From NCBI GenBank assembly GCA_015486135.1, contig WFSE01000116.1, positions 772 to 64,771 of the forward strand: a DNA stretch of 64,000 bases, in the 5' to 3' direction. This document shows positions 53,929 to 63,899 of this stretch, in pieces. The position numbers and the translations under genes were made by a program. How positions within the stretch are numbered: position 1 is the stretch's first letter; the number at the start of each line of letters is the position of its first letter. Below the pieces are notes generated by a model. The model was not told where the DNA came from and made no database searches. It saw only the letters and a program-made list of their open reading frames with translations. The stretch comes from Lentisphaeria bacterium. GTDB lineage: Bacteria; Verrucomicrobiota; Lentisphaeria; Victivallales; JAADHT01.

Positions 53929-55080
53929 CTAGGAATGCTTCTTCTTTTTAGCGTCTTCGCGCTTCCATTGCTCCTCGAGCCTTTTCTTCCTCTCTCTTCT
54001 GATCTTATCCTGTTCTTTAGCCTTTGGTATGTATTCGTCTATGGTTTTATTGACATCTTCCACGGAGTTGAAGAACACCTTTTCTATACCAACCGCTTCC
54101 GCCGTGTCGGTGAGTTTCCGCGCTCTGATGAACTGTATGCTGGAAAAAGCTATCCGCCCCTCCGGGGTGTCGTGGAACAATCTAGCCACCTCGAAGTAGG
54201 CGTCTCTGGCGCGATAGTAGTCCAGCATGTCCTCGTAGCAATACGCGGTAAGAAGCCTCGCTTGGGGAAAGACGTGGAGGTCCCTGGAATCGAAATCGAC
54301 AGCCTTTATGGCGGACGCAAGCGCTTCCGGGTATTTCTTATCCTCGAACTTCATCATACCGTCCACCAACCAATAGAGACCGAACGCGGCGTCGTCTATT
54401 TCAGGCGGATCAATTTCTTTGAAAAGCTTTTCGGCGATGGCGCGTTTTTTCAATTTCAGCGCGCAATACGCCATATTGAGATGCGCTAGAGTCGCACCGT
54501 AATACCAGTCCGCTTCCGTTATTTTTTTGAAGACACTGTAGGCCTTGACGTATTCCGTTTGCGCTTTTTTCGGGTCGTAGTGCCTTCCCTTTTTGTCGTC
54601 GTGGGTAGCGGCGGCGTCCAAGTAGAGGTAGGCGGCGTCCGAGAGATATCCCACGAGATTGTTGTCTGGGAGCTTGATATATTTCAACGCTGGCGCGAGG
54701 TTTTGCACGATATACACCGCGCCCTCAACGAACTGCTCTCGGTGCTCGAAGACCTTCACCTTGTACGGGTCGAAGCGGTTGAACAAAAAATTGACGCTTT
54801 GTATGTCCTTCCGCGGGATTTTCTCTATCCTCAAACCTTTTACATATTGAAGTTCCGTGTCGGTGAGGGCGACCAGATTGAGGGTTTTCGGGTACTTTTC
54901 GCCTGTGATTGTCACCATTGCGGGCTGCTTGGGCAATTTGGACGGGGAAACATAACGGCTCTTCGCCGCCTTTTTGCTTGTGACTTTTTTCTTCCCGGCG
55001 GCAGTGGCCGCTGGCGCGATAAGCGCGACGCATAATGCGGTTGCAGCTATCCCAGTGACGTATCTGTGGATTCCGGTCAT
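53929..55080 (-). CDS. secreted TPR-like protein with Lys-rich C-terminus
   Basis: Signal MTGIHRYVTGIAATALCVALIAPAATAAG and helical-repeat-like sequence. ATGA overlap with the upstream TPR gene. Confidence 0.5.
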   Translation of the reverse strand: MTGIHRYVTGIAATALCVALIAPAATAAGKKKVTSKKAAKSRYVSPSKLPKQPAMVTITGEKYPKTLNLVALTDTELQYVKGLRIEKIPRKDIQSVNFLFNRFDPYKVKVFEHREQFVEGAVYIVQNLAPALKYIKLPDNNLVGYLSDAAYLYLDAAATHDDKKGRHYDPKKAQTEYVKAYSVFKKITEADWYYGATLAHLNMAYCALKLKKRAIAEKLFKEIDPPEIDDAAFGLYWLVDGMMKFEDKKYPEALASAIKAVDFDSRDLHVFPQARLLTAYCYEDMLDYYRARDAYFEVARLFHDTPEGRIAFSSIQFIRARKLTDTAEAVGIEKVFFNSVEDVNKTIDEYIPKAKEQDKIRRERKKRLEEQWKREDAKKKKHS

Positions 55081-57893
55081 ATTTTCCTCTCCAGCTTCCT
55101 CAGTTCCTTCTTGGCCTCGCTCCATTCTTTGAATTTGGAGTAGTCGTCCTCGTGTTTCATCATCTCCCGCAATATCGCCGCGGCCTTTCTGTACTCGCGC
55201 ATTTTGGCTAGGCAACGGCTACGGGCCAAATAAGCTTTGGCGCACCATTCCTTGTAGAAAGCGTACATTATGTACACGCGTTCCAACGGCACGCAGGCTT
55301 TCGCATATTCTCTCCTACCCATTAATGACTGGGCTAAACCATAAAGCGCCCTTGGCCATAGTTTTCCCTTCCACTCTTTGACCGACAGTATGTCTTTGTA
55401 GCACTTCTCCGCCTTGTCGTACTCCTTCTTCTCGAGATATATGTCTCCCATCATAGCAAGTGCTTCACCCGCCTGCAGGTTTGTGGCGAAGACCTCTCGT
55501 ATGACTCCCAGGTGTTTCAACGCGGTTTTGTAATCCTTGCGCTTCATCGCTTGTTTCGCTAGGAACATTCTAGCGTCCAACGCATAATCCGTTTCGGTGA
55601 AGATATCGACTATGGTGTTGGCCGCGTCTTCCGCGAGCGCCATGCTGTGTTTCTTGACGGCTTCATCCATAATGAAGACCAAAGTCGAGGGGGTCGCAAT
55701 ATCGATATTGCGTGGCTGCACGATTTCTTTTATGAGGCGCGCTTTCTCCTCGTCGCTGATGTTTTGTTTGTAGAGGAGGGCTCTTTTAAGGCGTAGCGCC
55801 AGAACGGACTTGTGCTCTCTCCGAGCCTGTTTGATAAGATCCCAAACCTGATTCCAGGTACGTTCCTTCAATTTTTGGTCCTTCAGGCTGTTGGCCTTGC
55901 CTATCCATTCCTCCAAGATCATATCCACGCCCAATGCCGACACCTCGTTGCCGTATTTTTTCACCGCGTCCAAATAGTGTTCCAAAGCGCCGCTGCGTTC
56001 GCCCTTGTTCCAAAGGCTCCTACCTATGTAGAAGATGGCCTGCGGGATATTGGAGCCAGGCCTGTTCCTAGTGATATACGCATTGAAATGCTTGATGACG
56101 GCGTCATAATCTATTACCAGCTTTTTCTTGTGCTTGTCGTATTTCAATTCGTTCTGGAAGAGGATTTCCCCGCAACGGAACATTGCGTAATTGTATAGCT
56201 CGACGTTTATGGGATAGTTTGCCACCTTTTGGTAGTAGGTCACGGCCTCCTTCAGCCTGGCGTCGCTCGCCGCTATGTCGCCAAGCATCATATACGCCTC
56301 CCCGAGGAGCTTGCTATGGGGATACTGGGCGACGAAATCCTTGAAGTGTTTTTCGGCCTCTTTCATTTTGCTGAGGCCGAAAAGGCACACGGCCGTCCTG
56401 TATTTGGCGTCTTCCGTGTATTGCGAAGACGGATCGGTGGATAGCAATTCCTCGAAGTAGGACTCAGCCTCCTTGTAGTTTTTACTGAACATATAGGCCA
56501 TTCCCAGCCAGTAGAGGGAATCGACGTACCGCGGATTGTCGGGATTCTGCTTGTCCATTTTGGTGAGCCAGAAGATCGTCTGGTCGAAGTCCTCCTCCAT
56601 GAACGACGCGTACGCGATTAGAAACTCGCACTCCGCCCTGTCTTCGTGTTCGGGTTTTATTTCGAGCGTTCTTTTGTAGTGCGATATGACCTTGGGCCAG
56701 TCCTCCAGCAGGGCGTATAATTTTCCCATGGTCATTGTGACAATATCGAAGTAGTTGCCTTTTCCTTTGTACTCGTCCATATAGCGCTCGCCTAGCTTGA
56801 ACGCGTCGTCCAAGGGGCGCAACGCCATGGAGCAACGGAAAGCGAGAAACAAATCCTCGTCCTTGGACTCGGGGTTTTCCACCTCTTCGTTCAGGTAGAG
56901 GTACAAATCGCGGGCTTCGCGGAACAAAGATGTCTCGAAGTAGGCTTTAGCTATCCGTGTGTACAGTTCTATATCGTAGTTGTCGATTTCCTCCAGCGAT
57001 TTCAGCTCCGCCTCGGTCTCGCCGATTCTTTCCTGCAGTCGCATGAGCGCTCTCAGGGCGTCGGTCCTCTTTTTGAGGAGTTCGGCTTTGCGGCGGAGGT
57101 AGGCCAAGTAACGCTCGGCGTTGTTTTCCAGCATGTCATGGGGATAAATAATCCGGTATATCCACAACGCCCTACGGTATTCCTCCTCGGAAAACAGGTT
57201 GTCGCCAGCCGCTAGCAGTTCCATGTTGAGCGCCACGCTACGCGAAGCGAACGAGTTTCTTCCTAGGAGCAACGGAATCATGTCGAAGACCTTGCTGACC
57301 TCCATTTTCTTGAGATAGCTGATGGTCAATATGCAAGCCGCCCAGTTTTTCCGCTCGGCATCGGGAGCCAGCTTGAATATCTCCTTGATCAAGGGAGGCA
57401 CTTTAGCCCATTGGTCTTTGGCTATTTTGCAACGCACCATGGCGCAGTATATATCGGTTTTCTGGTCCCGGGTATATTGGGTCGCATGCTTCTTGAGGGT
57501 GCGCTTGTAGGCGGTGAACGCTTTGTCGATCTTGTCCCTGAATCTTAGGGAATCCGCTATGTATAGGTCCGCGTCGGCTGTGTAGGCACCCCGGGGGTAT
57601 TTTTTGAGGTAGACCTTGAACGCTTTTTCGGCGCTGTCGAATTGTGCGGTGAAAAAAAAGGCGACCCCCAGCCTGTAGTAGATGGACTCCATCATCCTCT
57701 TTGTGTCTTCTTTGCTAGAGTCGCCAAGCGCCTGGATGAGATATTGGAGGTTTTCTATGGCCTGTTCGAATTCGCCTTGGGCCATGGCGGCGTTGGCCTG
57801 GGCCCGAGCCTCCTTGGCCGTGATGTTACTTACCGCCGCGGCGAGGTCGGAGGAGGAAAATAAGAGCAGCGCTAGGCAAGCGGGGAGCCCCAT
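55077..57893 (-). CDS. large secreted TPR repeat protein
   Basis: Many TPR-like repeats, for example YRLGVAFFFTAQFDSAEKAFKVYLKKYP and LYWLGMAYMFSKNYKEAESYFEELL. The start is uncertain (ATG 57893 or GTG 58010). Confidence 0.65.
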   Translation of the reverse strand: MGLPACLALLLFSSSDLAAAVSNITAKEARAQANAAMAQGEFEQAIENLQYLIQALGDSSKEDTKRMMESIYYRLGVAFFFTAQFDSAEKAFKVYLKKYPRGAYTADADLYIADSLRFRDKIDKAFTAYKRTLKKHATQYTRDQKTDIYCAMVRCKIAKDQWAKVPPLIKEIFKLAPDAERKNWAACILTISYLKKMEVSKVFDMIPLLLGRNSFASRSVALNMELLAAGDNLFSEEEYRRALWIYRIIYPHDMLENNAERYLAYLRRKAELLKKRTDALRALMRLQERIGETEAELKSLEEIDNYDIELYTRIAKAYFETSLFREARDLYLYLNEEVENPESKDEDLFLAFRCSMALRPLDDAFKLGERYMDEYKGKGNYFDIVTMTMGKLYALLEDWPKVISHYKRTLEIKPEHEDRAECEFLIAYASFMEEDFDQTIFWLTKMDKQNPDNPRYVDSLYWLGMAYMFSKNYKEAESYFEELLSTDPSSQYTEDAKYRTAVCLFGLSKMKEAEKHFKDFVAQYPHSKLLGEAYMMLGDIAASDARLKEAVTYYQKVANYPINVELYNYAMFRCGEILFQNELKYDKHKKKLVIDYDAVIKHFNAYITRNRPGSNIPQAIFYIGRSLWNKGERSGALEHYLDAVKKYGNEVSALGVDMILEEWIGKANSLKDQKLKERTWNQVWDLIKQARREHKSVLALRLKRALLYKQNISDEEKARLIKEIVQPRNIDIATPSTLVFIMDEAVKKHSMALAEDAANTIVDIFTETDYALDARMFLAKQAMKRKDYKTALKHLGVIREVFATNLQAGEALAMMGDIYLEKKEYDKAEKCYKDILSVKEWKGKLWPRALYGLAQSLMGRREYAKACVPLERVYIMYAFYKEWCAKAYLARSRCLAKMREYRKAAAILREMMKHEDDYSKFKEWSEAKKELRKLERKI

Positions 57894-58159
57894 CAAGCCT
57901 GCCTTGCAAAAAACTACCCGGAGACCAGGTGATCCGAAGTCGCGCAGCCACGATGTTTTTAGCGTTCTTGACAAAAATCGATACCTCCTGCCCCCCAAAG
58001 AAAATTTCACGCAACGCTAACCCGCAACGGGCCAGCTCCCAATGGAAGGCTTTGGACACCCTATTAAAAGATACAAAACATACACCGACTTCGCGCTTTG
58101 TCAACCTTTCCGCACCATGCGCTTCTCTTCGGATGTCGCGCGGTTTGCCCTCCGGGAAC

Positions 58160-58188
58160 TTGACAAAGACACGGCGACGCGTTAAACT
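58160..58188 (+). promoter_or_regulatory. sigma70-type promoter of the tetR-MFP-RND operon
   Basis: TTGACA (58160-58165), 17-nt spacer, TAAACT (58183-58188). Confidence 0.5.
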
Positions 58189-58200
58189 ACTGTTTAAAAC

Positions 58201-58215
58201 TGTTGTTTAACAACA
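58201..58215. promoter_or_regulatory. palindromic candidate TetR operator
   Basis: TGTTGTT-T-AACAACA is a perfect 7+1+7 palindrome. It lies between the -10 element and the tetR ATG (58222). Confidence 0.5.
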
Positions 58216-58221
58216 TTCGAG

Positions 58222-58863
58222 ATGGAGATAGTCGTGGAAAACGCCAAGGATCGCATTTTGAAGGTGGCGGTGGAGCTGTTTAGTCAAAAGGGCTACCGAT
58301 CCACCACGGTTCGGGAGATATGCTCCAAGGCTGGAGTGAACGTGGCCCTTGTGAACTACCACTTCAAGGGCAAACTAGGGCTAGGAGAGGAGGTGGTGGA
58401 TTATTTGTTTGGTCCCATGTCGATGGCGGAATGGGACGATTTGCCCGAGGAATTTTCGACGTTGTCGGGGTGGAGGGATGCCGTGCGTGGCTTTATTCGC
58501 AGGTTTATTTCGGCCGAAGGAGGAGAGCTAGGTCGGCAGATGGCTCGTTCGAATTTGGTTTTCCGCGAATTGGACGCGCCATCGGAGCTGTTCCCCATAA
58601 TGTTTGAGAAGTACATGGAGCCAATCCAGAGGCGCTTGAAGCGATTGGTCAGGGCGGCCCTTCCCGAGGATGTCTCGGAGGAGGAAGTGGAGATGTGGTT
58701 TGTCACTGTGATATCACAATGCGTGATGTTCCGTAAGAGTCCACCGCCGGCGATGGGGATGAGGGGGTTCGACATGAGCGATCCCGAAGTCGTCGACAGG
58801 GTCTCCGCGCATATCGCGGACCCGGTGTTCGCCAAGCTGGGTCGCAAGTGGGGGGAAGCATGA
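58222..58863 (+). CDS. TetR/AcrR family transcriptional regulator
   Basis: N-terminal HTH ILKVAVELFSQKGYRSTTVREICSKAGVNVALVNYHF. Confidence 0.85.
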   Translation: MEIVVENAKDRILKVAVELFSQKGYRSTTVREICSKAGVNVALVNYHFKGKLGLGEEVVDYLFGPMSMAEWDDLPEEFSTLSGWRDAVRGFIRRFISAEGGELGRQMARSNLVFRELDAPSELFPIMFEKYMEPIQRRLKRLVRAALPEDVSEEEVEMWFVTVISQCVMFRKSPPPAMGMRGFDMSDPEVVDRVSAHIADPVFAKLGRKWGEA

Positions 58864-60188
58864 ACGTCAAAGTCGCGAAAACGGCGTTTTTATGTCTGCT
58901 TGTCTTTGTTGTGGGTATCGGGACGTATGCCGTGCTTTTGACTCTACGGCGGCCGCCTCCGAACAAAAAAGGGGGGGGGGCGAGGACTCTGACGGCGGTT
59001 CCGTTGCGCAAGGAGGACGTGGTTCCGTTGGTAAGGGAGTTCGCCGTGGTCTCTTCGTTGGAGAACGTGGAGTTGAAGGCGCAAGTGGCGGGCAAGGTAG
59101 TTTTCTGCGGTCGCGGGACCGAGGATGGCGCGTTGGTGAGGAAGGGGGAGCTCCTGGCGCGTATCGACGGGACCGACTACGAGGTGGCGGTGGAGCAGGC
59201 GGAGGCCGAGCTGGCCATATTGAAGTCCGACGCGAAACGCGCGGAGACCGACATCAAGGACCTTGTGTCGATGACCGCCGAGATGAAGGGCGACTACGAG
59301 TTGGAAAAGGATAATTACGAGCGGGCGAAAATGCTTTTTGAGAAGCAGGTTTTCGCTAAAAGCGAGTACGAGCGGGCGGCGCAGTCCGTTTCCAGGAGAA
59401 AGAAAATATACATCGAGACCGCCAATGCCCTCTCGAAACGTAAATTTGACTTGGAGGCGACTCGGGCCCGCATCAAAAGGGCGGAGGCGGCTATCAGGGA
59501 AGCCAAGGCCAACCTTGACCGCGCCTCCGTGCGGTCGCCTATCGATGGCAGGGTCGACAAATGCGACATTGAAGTTGGCGAATACCTTAGTGTCGGCAAG
59601 GTGATATGCCATGTCGTCAACGACTCCAAGCCCATGTTGGACGTTCCGGTCAACGCCGACGACGCTTTGAGTATATTGGGGGTGCGTCCGGACAAGGAGC
59701 ACTGGCTGAAAATTCCAGGCTCCGTCAAGGCAGTGGCGCGCTGGCTCCGGAATCCGGGTGTTTGCTCGTGGGATCTCGAAGTGGTCGGCGTGGAGGACTA
59801 CGACCGGACGACCGACACGTTGAAAATCCGGGTGGTCCCCTCCAAATACAATGGAAACGCACCGAAGTCCTTTCCGTTGCTGCCGGGGATGTTTTGCGAG
59901 GTGGTGTTCAGTGGCGCTCCGTTGAAAGGGGTGTTCAACATTCCGTTCTCCGCGTTGCAATTCGGCAACAACGTTTTCACCATAGGCGGCGATGGAGTTC
60001 TCCACAGGCACGCCGTCAAACCGTTCCATGTCGAGGGGGACCGCGTTATCGTTCTCTCGGGGTTGCCGGAGGGAGAATCTGTCGTGGTCCAACAACTTCC
60101 CCGGGGGCTTGTGGCTGGCATGAATGTCCACGCGGCGATTGCAGGCGAGAAAAGCGGGGGCGCGGACGGCGTCCCCGGGAACGAGTAG
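58860..60188 (+). CDS. RND efflux periplasmic adaptor (HlyD/MFP family)
   Basis: N-terminal anchor, coiled-coil hairpin region (YEVAVEQAEAELAILKSD...) and SVRSPIDGRV lipoyl-like motif. ATGA overlap with tetR. Confidence 0.85.
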   Translation: MNVKVAKTAFLCLLVFVVGIGTYAVLLTLRRPPPNKKGGGARTLTAVPLRKEDVVPLVREFAVVSSLENVELKAQVAGKVVFCGRGTEDGALVRKGELLARIDGTDYEVAVEQAEAELAILKSDAKRAETDIKDLVSMTAEMKGDYELEKDNYERAKMLFEKQVFAKSEYERAAQSVSRRKKIYIETANALSKRKFDLEATRARIKRAEAAIREAKANLDRASVRSPIDGRVDKCDIEVGEYLSVGKVICHVVNDSKPMLDVPVNADDALSILGVRPDKEHWLKIPGSVKAVARWLRNPGVCSWDLEVVGVEDYDRTTDTLKIRVVPSKYNGNAPKSFPLLPGMFCEVVFSGAPLKGVFNIPFSALQFGNNVFTIGGDGVLHRHAVKPFHVEGDRVIVLSGLPEGESVVVQQLPRGLVAGMNVHAAIAGEKSGGADGVPGNE

Positions 60189-60195
60189 GGGCGAT

Positions 60196-63100
60196 ATGTT
60201 CAAAACGACACTGAAATTGCTTTTTTCAAATCCCGTTTTGGCGAATATCCTCATGCTACTGATAATATCGTGCGGCGTGGCCGGATACCTGTCCATGACG
60301 CGGGAGGTTTTTCCGCGTTTCACGCTGGATAAAATAAGCGTTACGGTGAAGTATCCCGGCGCCGACCCGGAGGAGATGGAGGAGGGGGTCGCCATACGGT
60401 TGGAGGAGGCTATCGACGGATTGGAGGGGGTGAAGGAGCTAACGACTATTTCCCAGGAGGGGATATGCACGGCGATGGTGGAGGGGGAGGACGGCGTCGA
60501 CATTGACAAGCTGAAAGACCGGGTGGAAAACGCGGTTAACGCGATAACCACCTTTCCCTTGGACGCCGAAAAGCCTGTGGTGTCGGAATTGGAGTTTCGC
60601 GACGCTGTTTGCTCCGTCGTGCTGTGGGGGGATGGGGTGCCGGAACGGCAACTGAAAGAGCTGGCTCGCTCGCTGGAGCGGGAATTGCGGCGCCAGCTGG
60701 GGTTGAGTCAAACGCGTGTTTCCGGGATTCGGGATTACGAGATCAGCGTGGAAATCAAGGAGTCCAAGCTGCGAGCGCTCGGACTGGACTTCAAACACGT
60801 CAGCGATGCTATAAAGGCGTATGGCGAAAACATTCCCTCGGGAACCCTGCGAACCAAGTATGAGGACATACGAATCAAGGCGTATGGGCGTAGGTATTCG
60901 GCCAAGGACTATGGTAATATTCCTGTGATTGTAAAGTCCGACGGCACTAGGGTTTTGCTAAGGGATGTGGCCGACGTCAAGGATTCGTTCGACGAGGACG
61001 CCGGCGTTTATTCCCTTTTCAATGGCAAGCCAGCGGTGGCCATCAACGTGTTCAAGACGGAGGAAGAGGACATCATAAAGCTTTCTAGGCTTGTGGACAA
61101 GTTCATCGCGTTGAAGCGGGCCGAACTGCCGTCGAACATTCATGTGACGAAGTTCATGGACCGGTCGAGGATGGTTAGAGATCGTTTGAGGATACTACGT
61201 TGGAATGGAATTCTCGGATTGTGCCTGGTGTTTATCTCGTTATGGCTCTTTTTGGATATGCGGCTCAGTTTTTGGGTGGCGATGGGGATTCCCATCTCGC
61301 TGGCCGGAGCCTTGGCGGTGATGGCTCTTTGCGGGGCGTCGATCAACATGATATCGATGTTCGGCATGATCATGGTGCTGGGCTTGATAGTGGACGATGC
61401 CATCGTTGTCGGGGAGTCGATCTACCACAGGAGGGTCATGGGCGACGGCGCGATGGACGCGGCTGTCAACGGCACCGCGGAAGTGGCGTTTCCCGTGATG
61501 GCGGCGGTGCTAACCACGATTGTGGCCTTCCTGCCATTGTTTTTCATCCCTGGCATCATGGGGAAGTTTATTAAGATTATGCCCGTGCCCGTGGTGGCGT
61601 CCCTGGCGATATCGCTAATCGAATGCCTGTTCATTCTCCCGGTGCATTTGAGGCATCTCCCCCCTCCGGGCGCTCCCCCGCGTCTGGCGCTTTCCCGCAA
61701 GGTGGATAGTTTTCGCAACGCCCTCAACGACAAGCTGACCTGGTTTGTGGAAGATGTTTATGGGAAGGCTATGGAGAAGATTCTCCCCAACCGCTATGTC
61801 GCTATCACTGCGGCGTTCGCGCTGGCTCTCGCCGTGGCGGGGCTAGTGAAGGGCGGTTGGATCAAGTCCAGCTTGCTTCCGGATTCCGACGATGATTTCA
61901 TACAGGCGAAAATCGAGCTCCCAGCAGGTACACCGACCAGTAGGACTCTCGAAATAGCGAAGCGCGTTACCAACGCCTGGACGAAAGTGGAAAACATGCG
62001 CGAATTTAAGAAACGCCTCGATGGCAAGCCGTTATCCGTGGCGGTATACTCCCTCGTGGGTTCCACTGTGGAATGGCGGAAAAGTGTGTCCGATCCCAAT
62101 AAGCTGGAAATATCGATAGAGTTACTTCCTTCGGAAGAGCGCGGAATTCTCGCCAAAGACCTCGTAACCGCTTGGAAAAAAGCCGCCGGAGATATCCCGG
62201 GAGCCGTTTCAACATCATTCGCCATTATCCAAAAGGGTCCTGGAGGAATGCCGATAGCCTTCGATCTTATGGGTGACGACAAGGACGATCTCGCTAAGGC
62301 GGCAGACGAGCTGGCCGCCGAAATCGATAAGAAAAGGGGCACCTACGATGTGTCGACCGACTTTCACGCGGGGAAGCGGGAGTTCTCGTTGACCCTCAAG
62401 CCGGCCGCGGCCAAATACGGCGTAAGCTTGGCCGATGTCGCGCGCCATGTTCAAAGTGGATTTTTCGGAGACGAAAGTCTGCGGATTCAAATCGGCCGCG
62501 ACGACGTGAAAGTAAAGGTCAAGTATCCTCGATCCGAGGGCCGGGATTCGGTGGGCTTTTTCGAAAGGATCCGGGTCAGAAGCAAAACCGGGAAAATGAT
62601 TCCGTTGCGTTCGGTAGCCGATATTAAATTGGTTTCGGGCTCCAGCGCCATTCGGCGCAAATACAGAATGCGTACGATACGGGTTAGCGCCGATGTGGAC
62701 AAGAAACTCGGCAACGCCAACGAGATTATACTCGATTTGGAGAAAAACTTTATCCCTACTCTGGAGCGCAAATACGGGGTTACTCACAAGATTTCCGGAC
62801 AACAGATGGAGTCCCGGGATTCCCTAGGCGCCCTTTGGAAATTCTTCCCTATCGCGCTCTTCGGAATATATTTCATCATAGCCTCCATATTCCGTTCCTA
62901 CATCCAACCGGCCATCATCATGACGACTATACCGTTTGGCATGGTTGGCGCCGTTTTGGGCCACATCGTTTTCATGTCCAACCTGTGTATCTTCAGCATG
63001 TTCGGGATGGTGGCGCTGGCGGGAATAGTCGTCAACGACGCGATAGTGTTCATCGAGCGTTTCAATCAGAATTTGGAGGAGGGGGAAAGATTTTTCCCCG

Positions 63101-63405
63101 CCTTGATTGATTCGGGCAAGCGGAGATTTCGGGCAATTATGCTTACTACGTTAACCACGTTCGCCGGACTCATGCCGCTTATTCTCGAACGCAGCGCCCA
63201 AGCCGCGTTCCTCAAGCCGATGGCAATCTCCATCGCATTTGGAGTCCTCTTCGCCACGGGAATAACGTTGATACTCATGCCGTGCTTTATCGCTGCATTG
63301 AACGACGTTCGCCGGGGAGCATTGTTCTTACTTACAGGATGTCTTCCCGAACGCGAGGAGGTCGAAAGCCGGGCGAAAAAAGACACCGCGGACGAGCCCG
63401 CTTAG
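60196..63405 (+). CDS. RND family efflux transporter permease (AcrB/HAE-like)
   Basis: 12-TM, two-loop architecture. GLIVDDAIVVGE and GIVVNDAIVFIE conserved RND motifs. Confidence 0.9.
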   Translation: MFKTTLKLLFSNPVLANILMLLIISCGVAGYLSMTREVFPRFTLDKISVTVKYPGADPEEMEEGVAIRLEEAIDGLEGVKELTTISQEGICTAMVEGEDGVDIDKLKDRVENAVNAITTFPLDAEKPVVSELEFRDAVCSVVLWGDGVPERQLKELARSLERELRRQLGLSQTRVSGIRDYEISVEIKESKLRALGLDFKHVSDAIKAYGENIPSGTLRTKYEDIRIKAYGRRYSAKDYGNIPVIVKSDGTRVLLRDVADVKDSFDEDAGVYSLFNGKPAVAINVFKTEEEDIIKLSRLVDKFIALKRAELPSNIHVTKFMDRSRMVRDRLRILRWNGILGLCLVFISLWLFLDMRLSFWVAMGIPISLAGALAVMALCGASINMISMFGMIMVLGLIVDDAIVVGESIYHRRVMGDGAMDAAVNGTAEVAFPVMAAVLTTIVAFLPLFFIPGIMGKFIKIMPVPVVASLAISLIECLFILPVHLRHLPPPGAPPRLALSRKVDSFRNALNDKLTWFVEDVYGKAMEKILPNRYVAITAAFALALAVAGLVKGGWIKSSLLPDSDDDFIQAKIELPAGTPTSRTLEIAKRVTNAWTKVENMREFKKRLDGKPLSVAVYSLVGSTVEWRKSVSDPNKLEISIELLPSEERGILAKDLVTAWKKAAGDIPGAVSTSFAIIQKGPGGMPIAFDLMGDDKDDLAKAADELAAEIDKKRGTYDVSTDFHAGKREFSLTLKPAAAKYGVSLADVARHVQSGFFGDESLRIQIGRDDVKVKVKYPRSEGRDSVGFFERIRVRSKTGKMIPLRSVADIKLVSGSSAIRRKYRMRTIRVSADVDKKLGNANEIILDLEKNFIPTLERKYGVTHKISGQQMESRDSLGALWKFFPIALFGIYFIIASIFRSYIQPAIIMTTIPFGMVGAVLGHIVFMSNLCIFSMFGMVALAGIVVNDAIVFIERFNQNLEEGERFFPALIDSGKRRFRAIMLTTLTTFAGLMPLILERSAQAAFLKPMAISIAFGVLFATGITLILMPCFIAALNDVRRGALFLLTGCLPEREEVESRAKKDTADEPA

Positions 63406-63414
63406 GAAACCCCA

Positions 63415-63606
63415 GGGTTTGCTAAAAAAGTCGGAACCGCTTTGTCCCGCCGGCCTGAGTCCAGCGCCCCCCCCGTCCGCGCTCCGGATCTCCATTCCAT
63501 TAACCTGCCCTCTAGTAACTTTGCACTCGCCCTTTTTGAGACCGCGGGGATCGTTCTCCAGGCTCTTTTAGCTGGACCTCTCTCTGGACCTCTATTAACC
63601 TGTCCC
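63415..63606 (+). mobile_element. family A/B chimeric repeat(s) downstream of the RND gene
   Basis: Left end GGGTTTGCTAAAAAAGTCGGAACC. Two right-type ends: ATTAACCTGCCCTCTA (63499-63514) and ATTAACCTGTCCCTA (63594-63608). Confidence 0.5.
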
Positions 63607-63899
63607 TAAGCTCTTTCCGTCCATGAAGATTTGACAAGATAATGCAGCGGAGTGTTTCCCCTCACACCTTTCACCCCTAATCTTGCCCCGCTCTTGATTA
63701 ACAAGTCAACGATCTCAGGGTTATTCATTGCCCCATAGTGGAGAGGGTATAATCCTCGCCACATCGTGTTGACATATTTTTTATCAGATTTAGATAAAAC
63801 AAATTTTACAATCTCAACGTCTCCATACATTGCCGCAAAGCATAAAGGATTGTTGCCATGCTTATGCTCAAGTTGCAAAGCCCCTTTTTCGATAAGCAA
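63606..63899 (-). CDS. ankyrin repeat protein (AT-rich; 5-prime end unclear, possibly disrupted)
   Basis: GNNPLCFAAMYGDVEIVKFVL and GNTPLHYLV are ankyrin consensus-like. Ankyrin-like coding sequence continues upstream of the called TTG, up to an in-frame TGA. Confidence 0.5.
   Translation of the reverse strand: MLIEKGALQLEHKHGNNPLCFAAMYGDVEIVKFVLSKSDKKYVNTMWRGLYPLHYGAMNNPEIVDLLIKSGARLGVKGVRGNTPLHYLVKSSWTERA

Noticed and set aside
58944-60551. 535-aa ORF on the minus strand
   Set aside because: It lies antisense to the MFP gene and the start of the RND gene. It has no recognisable motifs and is a shadow ORF.
680-63610. Possibility that the dispersed repeats form a CRISPR array
   Set aside because: The copies are 100-340 bp long and kilobases apart. 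They are not separated by uniform short spacers, are internally palindromic, and are flanked by target duplications. No cas genes were seen.
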